Shown here piece by piece: positions 52,245 through 64,000 of a stretch of 64,000 nucleotides of DNA. The notes below the pieces were generated by a model that ran no database searches, was not told where the DNA came from, and saw nothing but the letters and a program-made list of their open reading frames with translations. This DNA comes from Leucoraja erinacea (Eukaryota). Location: assembly GCF_028641065.1 (NCBI RefSeq), contig NC_073387.1, positions 15,872,001 to 15,936,000 of the forward strand, written 5' to 3'. How positions within the stretch are numbered: position 1 is the first letter of the stretch; each line of letters opens with the position of its first letter. A program made the position numbers and the translations under genes.

Positions 52245-53897
52245 GTGAGTGTCAATACCTCATATTAGATATTGAACATACACTTGTACCATTGGTGCTT
52301 ATTATAATATCATGTGTGCACCCCGTAAAGAATTGTAGTTTGTGTCCAAAATCTCATTTGTACAAAATGCTTCAGTGTTCAGGGAGAAGCTTCCAGAAAG
52401 TCTCCCTGTGGAGCAGCTGCCTGTTCATCTCTGTTTGACAGATACACAATACTGAAAGAATGAATTCTAATATGTTTAGTAAGAGTAACTCAGTGGGGCA
52501 TTACTGGGGAACATTAATAAGTGACGTTTTGGGTCAGAACTTTTCTTCAGATTGAAATGATTCCAGCTGCTCCAGACTCGGGCTTCAGATCAGCATTCAG
52601 CTAGGAGCAGAACCCAGGAAGAGGGAAGGGCTGGGAATCAATGGGTGTGAATGGGAGAGGGATGGTGGGAATAATGGGAATGAAGTGAAGGTCGGGATTG
52701 GATGCAAAGAGAGGTAGGAGGCAGCTGATGTGTGACAGAGAGTGGGGTAGGGCTGATGTTTGCAACATGCTGGCTCTGTATGAGGGTGAGCGAGAGGGTG
52801 AGGACACGTTCAGCATTCCCACGGGGGAGTCACTAAGATGCCAGACCAGCTCATAATTATGTAAAACCCACCCCATGAAGATGTCAGTCCTCCTGTGATT
52901 CCAGGTTAATGTGTTCACACCATCTTGTTCTGTAACCTGGTCACCCTGTGCTCTTCATCTCTCCCCCAAGCTCCCTGTAGAACTGTCTCTGCTGTGTAGA
53001 CATTAACACGGACACGAGTGTTGCAAACTCTGCCGGGGTCTGACGTGGAAGGGTCACCATCCAATATATTGTAGACATGAAGAACTGCAGATACTGATTT
53101 ACAAAAAAGAGACAAAGTGCTGAATAATGGTGGATCTGGCAATATCTCAGGATGCTGCCTGGCCCACGTTTTCGGTCGAGACCTTTCTTCAGACTGATTG
53201 TAAAAGGGGGAGAAAGCTGGAAGAGGGTTGGGGGTGTGACAAGGCCTGCAAGTGATAGGGGGACATAGGTGATGGGGGAGGGGGGGTTGTTGATTAACAA
53301 ATGGTCGGACAAAGGCCAGAGATAAAATTGTGAACCAGTGTGATATGATAACGATAGAAGACATGTGGGGGGAGGGGGATGCTTACATGTTAGTAACCAA
53401 ACACTGGATAATTCAATGTTTGTATCATTGGGTTGCAAGCTATTCCAGCAGAATATGAGTTGCTGTTGCTCCAGTTCAGAACTCCGCGACTGGACAAGAG
53501 GAGGAAATGATTTATGTGGGGCAGGGGTAGGCAGAACCAATGGGTCTGCCAGGGCTGCCCTGTTTGTGGTGTTTCAGAAGGAGATAGATAGGGGCTGGTG
53601 GACGATTAGGTTGGAGGCTGTGGATGGGCGATCGCCAGAGATGATGAGATCAGTGACATTCTGGGAGATGGTGGCCTGGTGCCTGTATTGTAGTGGGCAT
53701 CTGTTTTATTTTTAGAAAAAAACCTGAAGTGTTTTGGTGTGGAATTCATGCAAGAAGTCACATTTTGAAACTTATCAGATGAACAAAACACAAAGAATTT
53801 TAATAAAAATCTGGTTGGGAATTTTTACCTGATTACCCCTGTGCCTCAGTAACTGTGATGCTGAAAGGAGTTCTATTCTTTTGTCTCTCTGCTATAG

Positions 53898-54242
53898 ACA
53901 TATACAGCAAACGTCACACACTTTACCGCACCAGCACAGATCACAGTGAAGTCCAGCTGGTTTGCTATTTTCTTCCTGGTTCCGACATTTCTTCTGACGT
54001 GTGTACCTGGACATATAGTCGCCTAAATGACCAGGACAAAGTAATAGCATCAGCAACATTCTCTCAACCCATCAATGTCGCCAATACCGCTTTTAAGAAT
54101 CGACTGATGACCTCAGTGAAACACTTCAAAGGCGAGGATTTTAGTGTGCGGATTGTCCCAGTTTTGTTTGAAGATGCCGGAGTTTACAAATGTTCAGCAG
54201 GAACATATCCATTTCTCACCATTGATCTAATCACAGTGAAAG
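53898..54242 (+). CDS. Gene A Ig domain 3 exon (V-set)
   Basis: gctatag acceptor, G|gtagga donor, 345 nt. QLVC..TW..NRL..DFSVRIVPVLFEDAGVYKC is a V-set motif. Confidence 0.9.
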
Positions 54243-54320
54243 GTAGGAGACAGAATGCTGCCAGTGTTTTCACTGATGAACTAATTGTTTAAAATATAAA
54301 CAACCTGCTTGTTTCCACAG

Positions 54321-54581
54321 TCACAGCTGAACCGTCCGATGCAGTGACTGAGGGAGACAACGTTACCCTGACCTGCTCTGTGTCTCACGTCACTGAGTCA
54401 ATGAGACTGGTTTGGATCAATGGCGATGACAAACGTGTTGGAGAAAAGACACTGACCGTGGAAGAGAAATCACTGAGTCTGGTTATTCAGAAAGTTGAGA
54501 GGGGCAGAGGGAATTGGAGATGTGGTTTGTTTCATCAAGACCTGCCCCGGCTTTTAGTCCCGTACTATCAGGAGACCAGTG
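54321..54581 (+). CDS. Gene A Ig domain 4 exon (C2-type with WxC F strand)
   Basis: ttccacag acceptor after a 78-nt intron, G|gtaagt donor, 261 nt. VTAEPSDAVTEGDNVTLTC..LVW..GNWRC. Confidence 0.9.
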
Positions 54582-55139
54582 GTAAGTGACTCAGGATTTG
54601 CTCTTCATACTTAGAATCAGGATCACATTTTGATGTCACTTATTGCACTATTTGCCAGTATTCACTCCTCCTTTACAGCCTATGTGGGATGCTTTGGTGT
54701 GGTGTAGTGCCTGGGAATATGGACCGTGGGATAACTCCGTGCCCCTGGGTTAATATTGAAACTTCACCTTTCTATGTGTCACTGATGGGAAAGTGGGAAA
54801 GTGACAGAGCTGGGACAAGCATTGGGTCCTGTCAGCAAAACAGAGCCTTTCCATTGGACCCTGAACCAATTCCACTGCCGGAATCACTGCCCACAGTCCA
54901 TCATGCCCATACTGACCGATGCTGAACACAGAGAGACCATCTCACTGATCCTCCTCACTCGGAGCACAGCTGGACCCTGGAGTGTTCAGGATATCTGGAT
55001 GGAGAACGCTGTTTACATAAGCAGTCCTGCCACCTGTGGTACTATAAACTGTGCAATCATAGAATCATGCAGCATTGGAATGGGCTGCTTACCCATTTCA
55101 TCCATGTTGACCAGTTATACATGTCAATAATGTCCCGTC

Positions 55140-55780
55140 AGAGACCTCAACTCCATGGCAAATAGATTTTGCTTATCTAATCTCTTCTCAAGTAGCATCC
55201 TGTCAATCTCCTCTATACCTTCTCCAGTGCTACCACATCCTTCCTGTCATTTGGTGACCAGACTGCATACAGTACTCCAGCTGAGGTCTGACCAAAATTT
55301 ACACATCTGCCGCATAACTTCCCTACTTCTGTGATCTATGTCCTGACTGATGAACACACTATCCCGTATGCCTTTCCAACCACATTATCTATTTGTGTGT
55401 CCACGTTCAAGGATCAATGGACGTACTCCAATGTCCCTCTGTTTCTCAATAATTTGTCAGACCTTGTAATTCATGGTGTATGTCCTAGCCCCATTTGTGC
55501 CCCTAGGACACATCACCTCACAAATTCTGGATTAAGATCCATCTTTCATTTCCCAGCACATTTCACCAACACATTGACATCTCTCTGCAGAATAAGACCA
55601 CTGTCCACACTATCAACAACTTCACTAATCTTGCCTGCCAAATCCACTGCTATCCACTGCAAGACATTTGTGTACATTAGATTCAACAAGGTCCCAGGAC
55701 CAATCCTTGTGGAACACCATTAGTCACCGTTAGTTACAGGCATCCGGGTGTAAAAATAACTCTCTGTCATCGCCTTCTGT
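55140..55780 (-). mobile_element. Old CR1-like remnant in the D4-D5 intron
   Basis: Reverse strand carries degenerate gtcagacctcagctggagtactgtatgcag and ggtgttccacaagga RT segments. Confidence 0.55.
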
Positions 55781-56756
55781 CTCCTGTTGCCATCGATGAT
55801 TGGACATGGCTGCTGACTGTTTGCAAATAAACCTGCCCTCCTCTGCCCCATCTCCATTGGTCATTGTTGGGTCAACCAGCCCTCCCTCCACTTTTCTCAT
55901 AGAAGACTTGATTAGACTGGGAGACTGTGAAATGTCCATACAATCTCCCCACACCATCATGGATCTCAGCTCCTCTCAAACTCTTCCCCCAAACCATATG
56001 TTCAATAATCTGAATTCACACATTCACAAGGGCTGGTGAACAGTGCCAGAGACCTGGGTTCAATCCTGACCAAGGGTGCTGTCTGTATGGTGTTTGTACG
56101 TTCTCCCTGTGATCGTATGGCTTTTCTCCAGATCCTCCGGTTTCCTCCCACATTGCAAAGATTTGCAGGATTGTAGGTTAAGCGGTCTCTGTAAATTATC
56201 TCTTGTGTGTAGGATGGAACTATTGTGTGGGGTGATCAGTGGCCATCATGCACCCGGTGGGACAAAGGACATGTTTCCAAACTGCATCTTGAAACTAACT
56301 AAACAAAACTAAACCAAACATCATTACTTGTGGTAACTGTGTGCCATTTCTGCTCTCCTCTGATGCCAATCTCATGTGCTTATCAAATTATAAAACGTCT
56401 AGCTTAACTGTGATGTATTGTTACATTAGTGATGCAATGGTAAGCTGTTCTATGGATGTACTTCACTGCTTGTTGTAAAATATAGTTGTATTTAAAACTG
56501 CTGGGCAAATCACACTTGAATCACATTGGCATTGCGGACAATTGACCAAACAGATGGGACAAATATGGAAGAGTACACTGGTCGACATCGCTGGGCTGGG
56601 TTAGAGGGTCTGTTTCACTGCTATAAAATTATATCATTCTATAAACTATAACTAACAACCTTTTTAAAGAAAACAATTTCACAGTATTCAGTACGACATA
56701 GATCAGACTGAGAAGTTATCGTCCGATATTAAAACACTATTTTGCTTTTCTGGCAG

Positions 56757-57095
56757 GGACTACTATTTACCTTTTCCACCAGGAAGGCAACTATGTGTTG
56801 AAAGGACCAGACAGTCCTGGAAATGGCCCCATTGACTTGGAATGGAGGCCACACTCAGGGCAACAAACCACAAAGCAATTGGCTACTTTTCACAGAGAAG
56901 ATCAGCAGTGGGCCGTACAATGGAGTGATGAGTACAATCAAATACCAGGCATTTCCCAGAGTATGCATATGGACTGGGGTACCCTTAATCTGAGGATCAG
57001 GAAACCCATCTTTGAACTTGCAGGGCTCTTCACCTGGAATCAGGCACAGCCCAGTGGGAAAATCCTGAGACAGTGGGAACTATTTGTGATCAAAG
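56757..57095 (+). CDS. Gene A Ig domain 5 exon (cysteine-free V-like; paralogue of D1)
   Basis: tttctggcag acceptor, G|gtatgt donor, 339 nt. LKGPDSP..LEWRPHSG..LNLRIRKPIFELAGLFTW..WELFVIK. Confidence 0.8.
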
Positions 57096-58348
57096 GTATG
57101 TCGGAGGAGGAACAGAAAGGGTAGACAAATGTGTTTTTCTGTAACGTTTTCCACAAATTTGTGACAGATTGTTGGAATTAGGTCAGTTATTTGATGAGTT
57201 TTTTTTATACAAACAATGCTGCAGAGTTAATGAATTGATGAATATCCCCACAATTTGGAAACGGCCAAGACTGACAGATGTGGAATCATCAATTTTTTAA
57301 TGACATGTATAGCCATTTTACTGCTCTGTTACCCCCACACCTCCACCCCACCATTCATTCTAATTCAATAACAGAAATGGCTGGAAAATTTCACAGCACG
57401 TCAGGCAGCATTTGCAGAAAGAGAAACAGTCAAGATTTCTGGGAACGACTTGAGGAAGACGGCAGCCCAGGCAGCATTGAAATGTGGTGAAACCAGGGAA
57501 CTTCTCCTGATAGAGAGAAGACCTGTGGCAGGTGGGATAAGATCAGTTCACTGTAGCTGAGTAATTTGTTGATGATGTGGTTCTGGCCGACTGTGACATA
57601 CTCTCTACACAGAGAGGAAACGGAAAACAATGATGCCTGACGGTAATAATCCTTATGTAGATGGAAGTTCCATATTGACAATAGAAGGTAACAACTTGCC
57701 CAGACCAAAGATGAGGTGTGGCTCTTGGAGCATGTTGTCAAAAATGCTTATATTTTAGCTACATCAATATCTAAGATCTGTGTTCCAACATATTGGATTC
57801 TGGAAACTGTTAAAATATTAACATTAACTTTCAGTTTTCCCTTCTTCATTTTCCGTCACTGGGGAGGGTTTAATATGAATGTCAGCTCTGGTAATATGAT
57901 GGCCATGTTTAGGACAGATATTCCCATAAACTGGCCCTGACACTGGGAAAGTGAAGTCCTGGCCACAGAGAGGGCCCAACCTCTGTAGCAGCTTCCTCAA
58001 GGTCAGCAGCAGTGACCTTGCTTCACCAGGCCATTGTTAGCCAAGTCATCGACAGCACAGAGACCATGGGAGGGTTGCGAGAGGTGGCGGGAGGCAGAGC
58101 TGGTGCTGGGAACCTACCTGTGGAAGCTGCTCAATGTCTTTGGATGATGTTGTTCGGGAGCAGTGGGTAGATGTGGGAGACGAGGGGGACGAGGGGGACA
58201 GGTGGTCACTACCAGGAAGTGTGGATGACATCACTGAGCACGGATGCTCAACATTCGGCCGACTGTCTGTTTGCAGGAAAGAGACAATTCTGCCCGCAGT
58301 CGTTCAGAAAGCTGGACTGAACCACACGTCATGTGTCTGTTTCCACAG

Positions 58349-58621
58349 TTGAGGCAGACTCACCGAGGCCAGTAATGGGCAGTGACATCACCCTCAGCTG
58401 TACCATCTCCAGACTCCCAGATACCGTCAGTCTTTACTGGAAACCAAGAGGCTCATCTCAGCAGAACAGGAGAAACAACACTGATCAGATCCATCTGAAT
58501 AACACCGTCTATCTGATGATCCAACACGTTGGAGCAGGAAATCCCAATCTGTACACATGGGAAGTGCTGGAAAATGGCTCCATTGTTCTCACTGGAGACA
58601 CCAATGTTGAAGTGGATCAGG
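58349..58621 (+). CDS. Gene A Ig domain 6 exon (C2; paralogue of D2; F-strand Cys replaced by Trp)
   Basis: ttccacag acceptor, G|gtgagt donor, 273 nt. VEADSPRPVMGSDITLSCTISRLPDTVSLYW..NNTVYLMIQHV..LYTW. Confidence 0.88.
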
Positions 58622-59421
58622 GTGAGTCCAAAGCTGCCTTGCAGCAGGTATTAAATAGTTCTTGATATCAAACTGTTCCACATATTGTACAGTGAGCTCT
58701 GACTTCACCGTGGGCTTTCACTGCAGGATATTGGCATTGCCTTTAACCTGGGACACGGTGTAAATATAAAATGGTGGCACTAAAATTGATGGAGCTACAC
58801 AGGAGAACCAAGGGATTAATTTCAATTCACCTGCATGAATCAAAGGGGATAACATCAATCAATGGAGAGAAGCAAGTTGTCTTCTGTCCAGAGTAGATGG
58901 GAATATTAACTTATTCAAGATAATGTACAGCTGCACCAAAATTCAGTTGTTGGCTGAACCATTTCCTTGGGTTGGGTGTTGTTCGTCACTCACTCCAGTG
59001 ATCTTAGTGTCTGACATTCAGTGGCACTCTCATCTTCCAAATAATGTTCCTTCATGTCCCTCTCACTGTATGACTCACCTTGTGTAACAACCTGATGCCC
59101 AGTTCAATGTGTGATAAATATTTCACTGTAATCGATTTCTGAGACTGGGTAACAGATTGTTTATTATCTCCAGTCCACCGGCATCACTTTGCTGGGTGTG
59201 TGTCTGGGGAAGATGGACTTTGGTGCACAGCCCGGCGTTTGAACAATGGGCACCTGGACCGGCAGTCAGTGTATTGCAGCTCCCAGCCGACTTTCCTGTC
59301 TCAGTGCGGCCCTCCCAGCTGACATTCCAGAGCTGGGGGTTTGTCCCTGTGGAAATTCAGATTATCTGTATCTCACTATCTGTGGAAATCTAATTCTTTG
59401 TTCCCTGTCCCTCTCTTGCAG

Positions 59422-59760
59422 ATTTATATAACAAGATGTACACAGTTTATCGTTCAGTCACAGATCACAGTGAACTCGACCTGATTTGTGAAGCTTCTCT
59501 TGAGCTCAATGAAACCAAATGGACTTGGAGATCACAACATGTCCAAAATCAAGAGAAGGAAATATATTTTTCTCACAGGTCTGAGCCGATCCATGTCGAC
59601 ATGAGTTACTTTGGGAATCGACTGAAAACCACAGAGGGAAATGTGAATGGCACGAATTTCCGTGTGAGGATTGTCCCCGTGCAGTTTGCAGATGCTGGAG
59701 TTTACACATGCTACATAGGATCAAATAAATATGTCACCATTGATCTAATCACAGTTACAG
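59422..59760 (+). CDS. Gene A Ig domain 7 exon (V-set; paralogue of D3)
   Basis: ctcttgcag acceptor, G|gtagga donor, 339 nt. TDHSELDLIC..WTW..NRL..FRVRIVPVQFADAGVYTC..TIDLITVT. Confidence 0.9.
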
Positions 59761-60844
59761 GTAGGAGACTGAATATTGGAATATGAATGGTAAAGTCATT
59801 GGGCTAAAGTACTCACTTTCATGCAGACTTTGATTTCAGCACATGTTTCTCCAAATATTTTACTCTGAAAAAAGATTTAAATCCCTGTCCCACGGTACAA
59901 GTTCATTCCAAGAGCTCTCCCTAGTTTGCCTTCATTCAAACTCGGAGATATACGGTAATGGCCACTCGTCAGTACTCGGGGCTCTCATGGACATTTTTCA
60001 TCATGTTGTCAAATCTTCATGAGTCTTCCCGTGCTTACCTGCCATTAGCGAGTCTTCCCGAGTACCTGCCGTCAGCACTAAGAGACGAGCTCCGACGTAC
60101 CCGCTATGTTCATTCTCCGTGCTTACCACGAGTTTGATTTTTTAAAACTCGGGAGAGCTCTTGGAATGAACTCACACTGTGGGACAGGGCTATAATTTCA
60201 ATAGAACTGCTACTCAAATATAGTTGTATTTTACTCATTAAAAAATTGCCCTGATAAAACACATGTTAATTCACAATTTAAAAAAAATCCCTTTGCCACT
60301 CCTCCACCTGTGCATTCCCTGAGTTTGAAGCACCATCACAATGTGTTGGAGGTTGGGTCATTAATGGGAAGTAGACTCGGGGTGAGGGTCGCTGCCGACA
60401 GTCGTGGTGGTGGGAAGTGGGTGGTGTCTTGGACTGGTCGTCTGTCTTTTATTTGATTGGTGGGAGTGGGTTGTGTCGACTGATTGTTGGATGTGTACTG
60501 TCCGATCATGTGATCAATGGGTGGAGAGGCTGTTGTGTGATGGGTGTGTGGGGTTCTTGATTGGGTGAAAGTGATGAGGTCTGGAGGAGGGTGGAGGTTG
60601 CACTCCACCCTCCTTGGGGGGGGGGGGGGGGAGGGGGAGCAGAGGGGCTCAGGTGAGAAGCGCTAATGAAATAAATTAAAGGGAACCCGCCTGCATTTGG
60701 TGCTGATCATTTGCTTATTTCCTGCTCAATTCCTTTAAATTGTGAAGAAACATTTTTGAAGCTTGCCCAAGCAGACTACCAATCCCAATATAAATCCAAG
60801 AAGTCTGTAACTTGGGTCCACTGTGTGTTATATACCCCTAAGAT

Positions 60845-63800
60845 ACTGGAAGAGAGAAGGTGGGTGACGGTGAGAAAGGGAGGGAAACATGGAATGCAAA
60901 GGTCCCTGGGTGTTGTACCTCTTGTGAACAGGTTCACCCGCTTAGAAGCTGTCGGGACAGAAGACGTTATCACATAGAGCGGCTGGCTGAGTGGCAGTTT
61001 AAATTCCATTTGGAATAATTTGGAGGACCAAGAAACCAAGAACCAATAACCAAGAAGCAAAAAGGGCTGTTGAGCCAAAACCAAAGAGGCCGACGTCAGG
61101 CAACGCCATTGTAGTTGGAGACTCCATTGTGAGAGGTACGGACAGGGGTTTCTGCGGGAACAGACGGGATTCGAGGATGGTGTGCTGCCTTCCTGGTGCC
61201 AGGATCCAGGATGTCACGGACGGAGTGCAGAAAATCCTCAAGGGCGAAGGTGAACAGCCGGAAGTGGTAGTGCACGTCGGCACAAACGATGTCAGAAAGA
61301 AGTGGATGAATATTCTGCAGCGTGACTTTAGAGAGCTCGGAAAAATGCTGAAAAGCAGGACCTGCCAGATGGTGTTATCTCTGGTTTGCTTCGAGTTCCT
61401 CGTGCTGGCGAGAGCAGGAACTGGGAGATACGGGGCCTGAAAGTGTGGCTGAGAAACTGGTGCAGGGGACAGGGATTTAGATTCTTAGAACACTGGGATC
61501 TGTTTTGGAGTAAAGGGGAACTGTACAAAAGGGACGGATTGCATCTTAACAGGTGGGGGACCAGCATCCCGGCAGGCAGGTTTGCCACTGCTACATGGGT
61601 GGTTTTAAATTGAATATGGGGGGTGGGGTGTCAAATGGGATAGTCAAGGACGGAGTTAAAGGGAAAGAGAGTAAAGGGAGAGTTAATGCCCCTAGAATTA
61701 ACGGGAAAGGAAGCTCACAAAGGGATAGGAGAGTATGGCCAAGTGTAATAGGGATCGATGTGAATGGTGAGATGCGTAAGGAATTAAAAGTATTGTATAT
61801 GAATGCGCAAAGTATAAGAAGTAAAGTAGATGAGCTTGAGGCTCAGTTAGAGGTTGGCAGACATGACATTGTGGGGATTACTGAGATGTGGCTGCAGGAG
61901 GATCGGGCCTGGGAACTTAATATTCAGGGTTATACATCCTATAGAATGGACAGGCAGGTGGGCAGAGGAGGAGGGGTAGCTCTGCTGGTGAGGGCTGGAA
62001 TTCAGTCCCTTGCAAGGAAGACATAGGGACTGACGAGGTAGAGTCACTGTGGATTGAGTTGAGGAATTGTAAAGGCAAGAAGACACTAATTGGTGTTATC
62101 TACAGACCCCCAAATAGTAGCCCGGATGTAGGGTGTAAGGAGTTAAAACTGGCATGTAACAAAGGTAATGCCACTATGGTGATGAGGGATTTCAATATGC
62201 AGGTAGACTGGGAAAATCAGGTTGGTTCAGGACCCCAAGAAAGAGAGTTTGTAGAATGCCTCTGAGATGGATTCTTAGAGCAGCTTGTAATGGAGCCGAC
62301 CAGAGAAAAGGCAATGCTGGATTTAATGTTGTCCAATGAACCAGATATGATAAGAGAATTTGAGGTAAAGGAACCGCTTGGAGGTAGTGATCATAATATG
62401 ATTAGTTTTAATCTGCAATTTGAGAAGGAGAAGGTTAAATCGGCAGTGTCAGTAATGCAGTTGAACAAAGGGGTCTATGAAGGCATGAGAGGGAAGCTGG
62501 CCAAGGTAGACTGGAAAGGGATCCAAGCAGGAATGACGGTGGAACAGCAATGGCAGGAATTTCCGGGCATACTCCGGAAGAATCAGGATCATTTCATTCC
62601 ACAAAGGAAGAAAGATTCTTAGGGGAGTAGGAGGCAATCGTGGCTGACAAGAGAAGTTAGGAATAGAATAAAACTAAAAGAAAAGATGTATAACACAGCA
62701 AAGAGTAGCCGGAAGCCAGAGGATTGGGAAACTTTCATAGGACAACAGAAGTAAACTAAACGGGTAATACGGCTGAAAAGATGACGTACGAGGAGAAGCT
62801 GGCCAAGAATATAAAGATGACAGTAAAAGCTTCTTTAGATATGTTAAGGGAAAAAGAGTAGCAAAGTCAAAGTGGGTCCCTTGAAGGCAGACATGGGTGA
62901 AATTATTATGGGCAACAAGGAAATGGCAGAAGAGTTGAATAGATACTTCGGATCTGTCTTCACTAACGAAGACACAAACAATCTCCCTATTGTGCTGGAG
63001 GACAGAGCATCTAAGGGGGTAGATGAACTGAAATAAATTTTAATTAGGCGAGAAATATTATTGGGTAGGCTAATGGGATTGAAGGATGATAAATCCCCTG
63101 GTGGTCTGATGGTCTGCATCCCAGGGTCCTCAGGGAGGTGGCTCTAGAAATAGTGGACGCATTGGTGATCATTTTCCAATGTTCAATAAATTCAAGATCA
63201 GTTCCTATGGATTGGAGGATAGCTAATGTTATCCCACTTTTCAAGAAAAGAGCAAGAGAGAAAACGGGGAATTACAGACCAGTTAGCCTGCCTTCGGTGG
63301 TGGGAAAGTCAATTATTAAAGAGGTAATAATGGGGTATTTGGATAGCAGTAAAAGGATTAGTCCAAGTCAACATGGATTTATGAAAGGGAAATCATGCTT
63401 GACTAATCTTTTGCAATTTTTTGAGGACAAGTAAGATGGATGAAGGGGTGCCAGTGGATGTAGCGTATGTAGACTTTCAGAAAGCCTTTGATAAGGTCCC
63501 GCACGGGAGACTGGTGACCAACATTAGAGCACATGGTATTGGATGTAGGGTGTTGACATGGATAGAAAATTGGTTGGCAGACCGGAAGCAAAGAGTAGGA
63601 GTGAACGGGTCCTTTTCAGAATGGCAGGCAGTGGCGCGTGGAGTGCCGCAAGGCTCGGTGATGGGGCCGCAACTGTTTACCAAATATATTAATGATTTGG
63701 AAGAGTGAATTAGGAGCAACACCAGCAAGTTTGTGGATGACACAAAGCTGGGTGGCAGTGTGAACTGTGCAGAGGATGTTAGGAGGTTGCAGGGTGACCT

Positions 63801-64000
63801 GGACAGGTTGAGTGAGTGGGCAGATGTGTGGCAGATGCAGTATAATATAGATAAATGTGAGGTTATCCACTTTGGTGGCAAAAACAAGGGGGCAGATTAT
63901 TATCTCAATGGGGTTAGGTTAGGTAAGGGGGAGGTGCAGCGAGACCTGGGCGTCCTTGTACACCGGTCACTGAAAGTGGGCTGACAGGTACAGCAGGCAG
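60845..64000 (+). mobile_element. CR1 LINE with SGNH-esterase ORF1 and disrupted ORF2, running off the window
   Basis: VGDSIVRG, VHVGTND, DGLHLN (esterase); NAQSIRSK, YRPP, SDH, YRPVSL, DFQKAFDKV, DDTKLGG; multiple stops. Confidence 0.93.

Noticed and set aside
46491-59760. Assigning the symbol CD4 or LAG3
   Set aside because: Only architecture and one WxC motif support it. No cytoplasmic motif or syntenic gene is in the window, and the cysteine pattern and domain count differ.
48125-59760. Rearranging Ig/TCR V segments
   Set aside because: V exons end in splice donors with a complete G strand. No heptamer-spacer-nonamer follows them; the cacagtg matches lie inside coding sequence.
1-64000. 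Prokaryotic systems (CRISPR, operons), rRNA or true tRNA genes
   Set aside because: The sequence is intron- and LINE-rich vertebrate DNA. tRNA-like stretches are SINE heads, and there is no repeat-spacer array.

Overview
Eukaryotic, repeat-rich vertebrate DNA. The repeat set (CR1 LINEs with (CTATGTTT)n tails, fish-type L1, Rex1/Babar, Penelope, tRNA-SINEs, Harbinger-type MITEs) points to a cartilaginous fish, probably a skate or ray (inference). Among the repeats is a cluster of immunoglobulin-superfamily receptor genes that the ORF track shows only as fragments. Gene A (+, 46491 to >59760) splices with canonical GT-AG, all phase-1 junctions into a signal peptide plus seven Ig domains (751 codons, no stops). 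The order is V*-C2-V-C2(WxC)-V*-C2-V, i.e. a CD4/LAG-3/G6f-like four-domain cassette duplicated inside one gene, with V* being V-like domains lacking the canonical disulfide. Its 3' end lies beyond the window. A divergently oriented paralogue, gene B (-), has leader, V* and C2 exons and probably a Ser/Thr stalk and TM exon near 13.4-14.4 kb, suggesting a two-domain receptor. A segmental duplicate of B's C2 region lies at 4.6-9.9 kb, and a garbled third copy (C2+V, +) lies at 10.1-13.3 kb. Also present: a hAT-like DDE transposase pseudogene, two L1 elements (one with a nested CR1, one 3'-truncated), several CR1s, a Penelope, two assembly gaps and a low-quality, indel-rich stretch (about 10-17 kb). 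Orthology to CD4 or LAG-3 is not established from this window.
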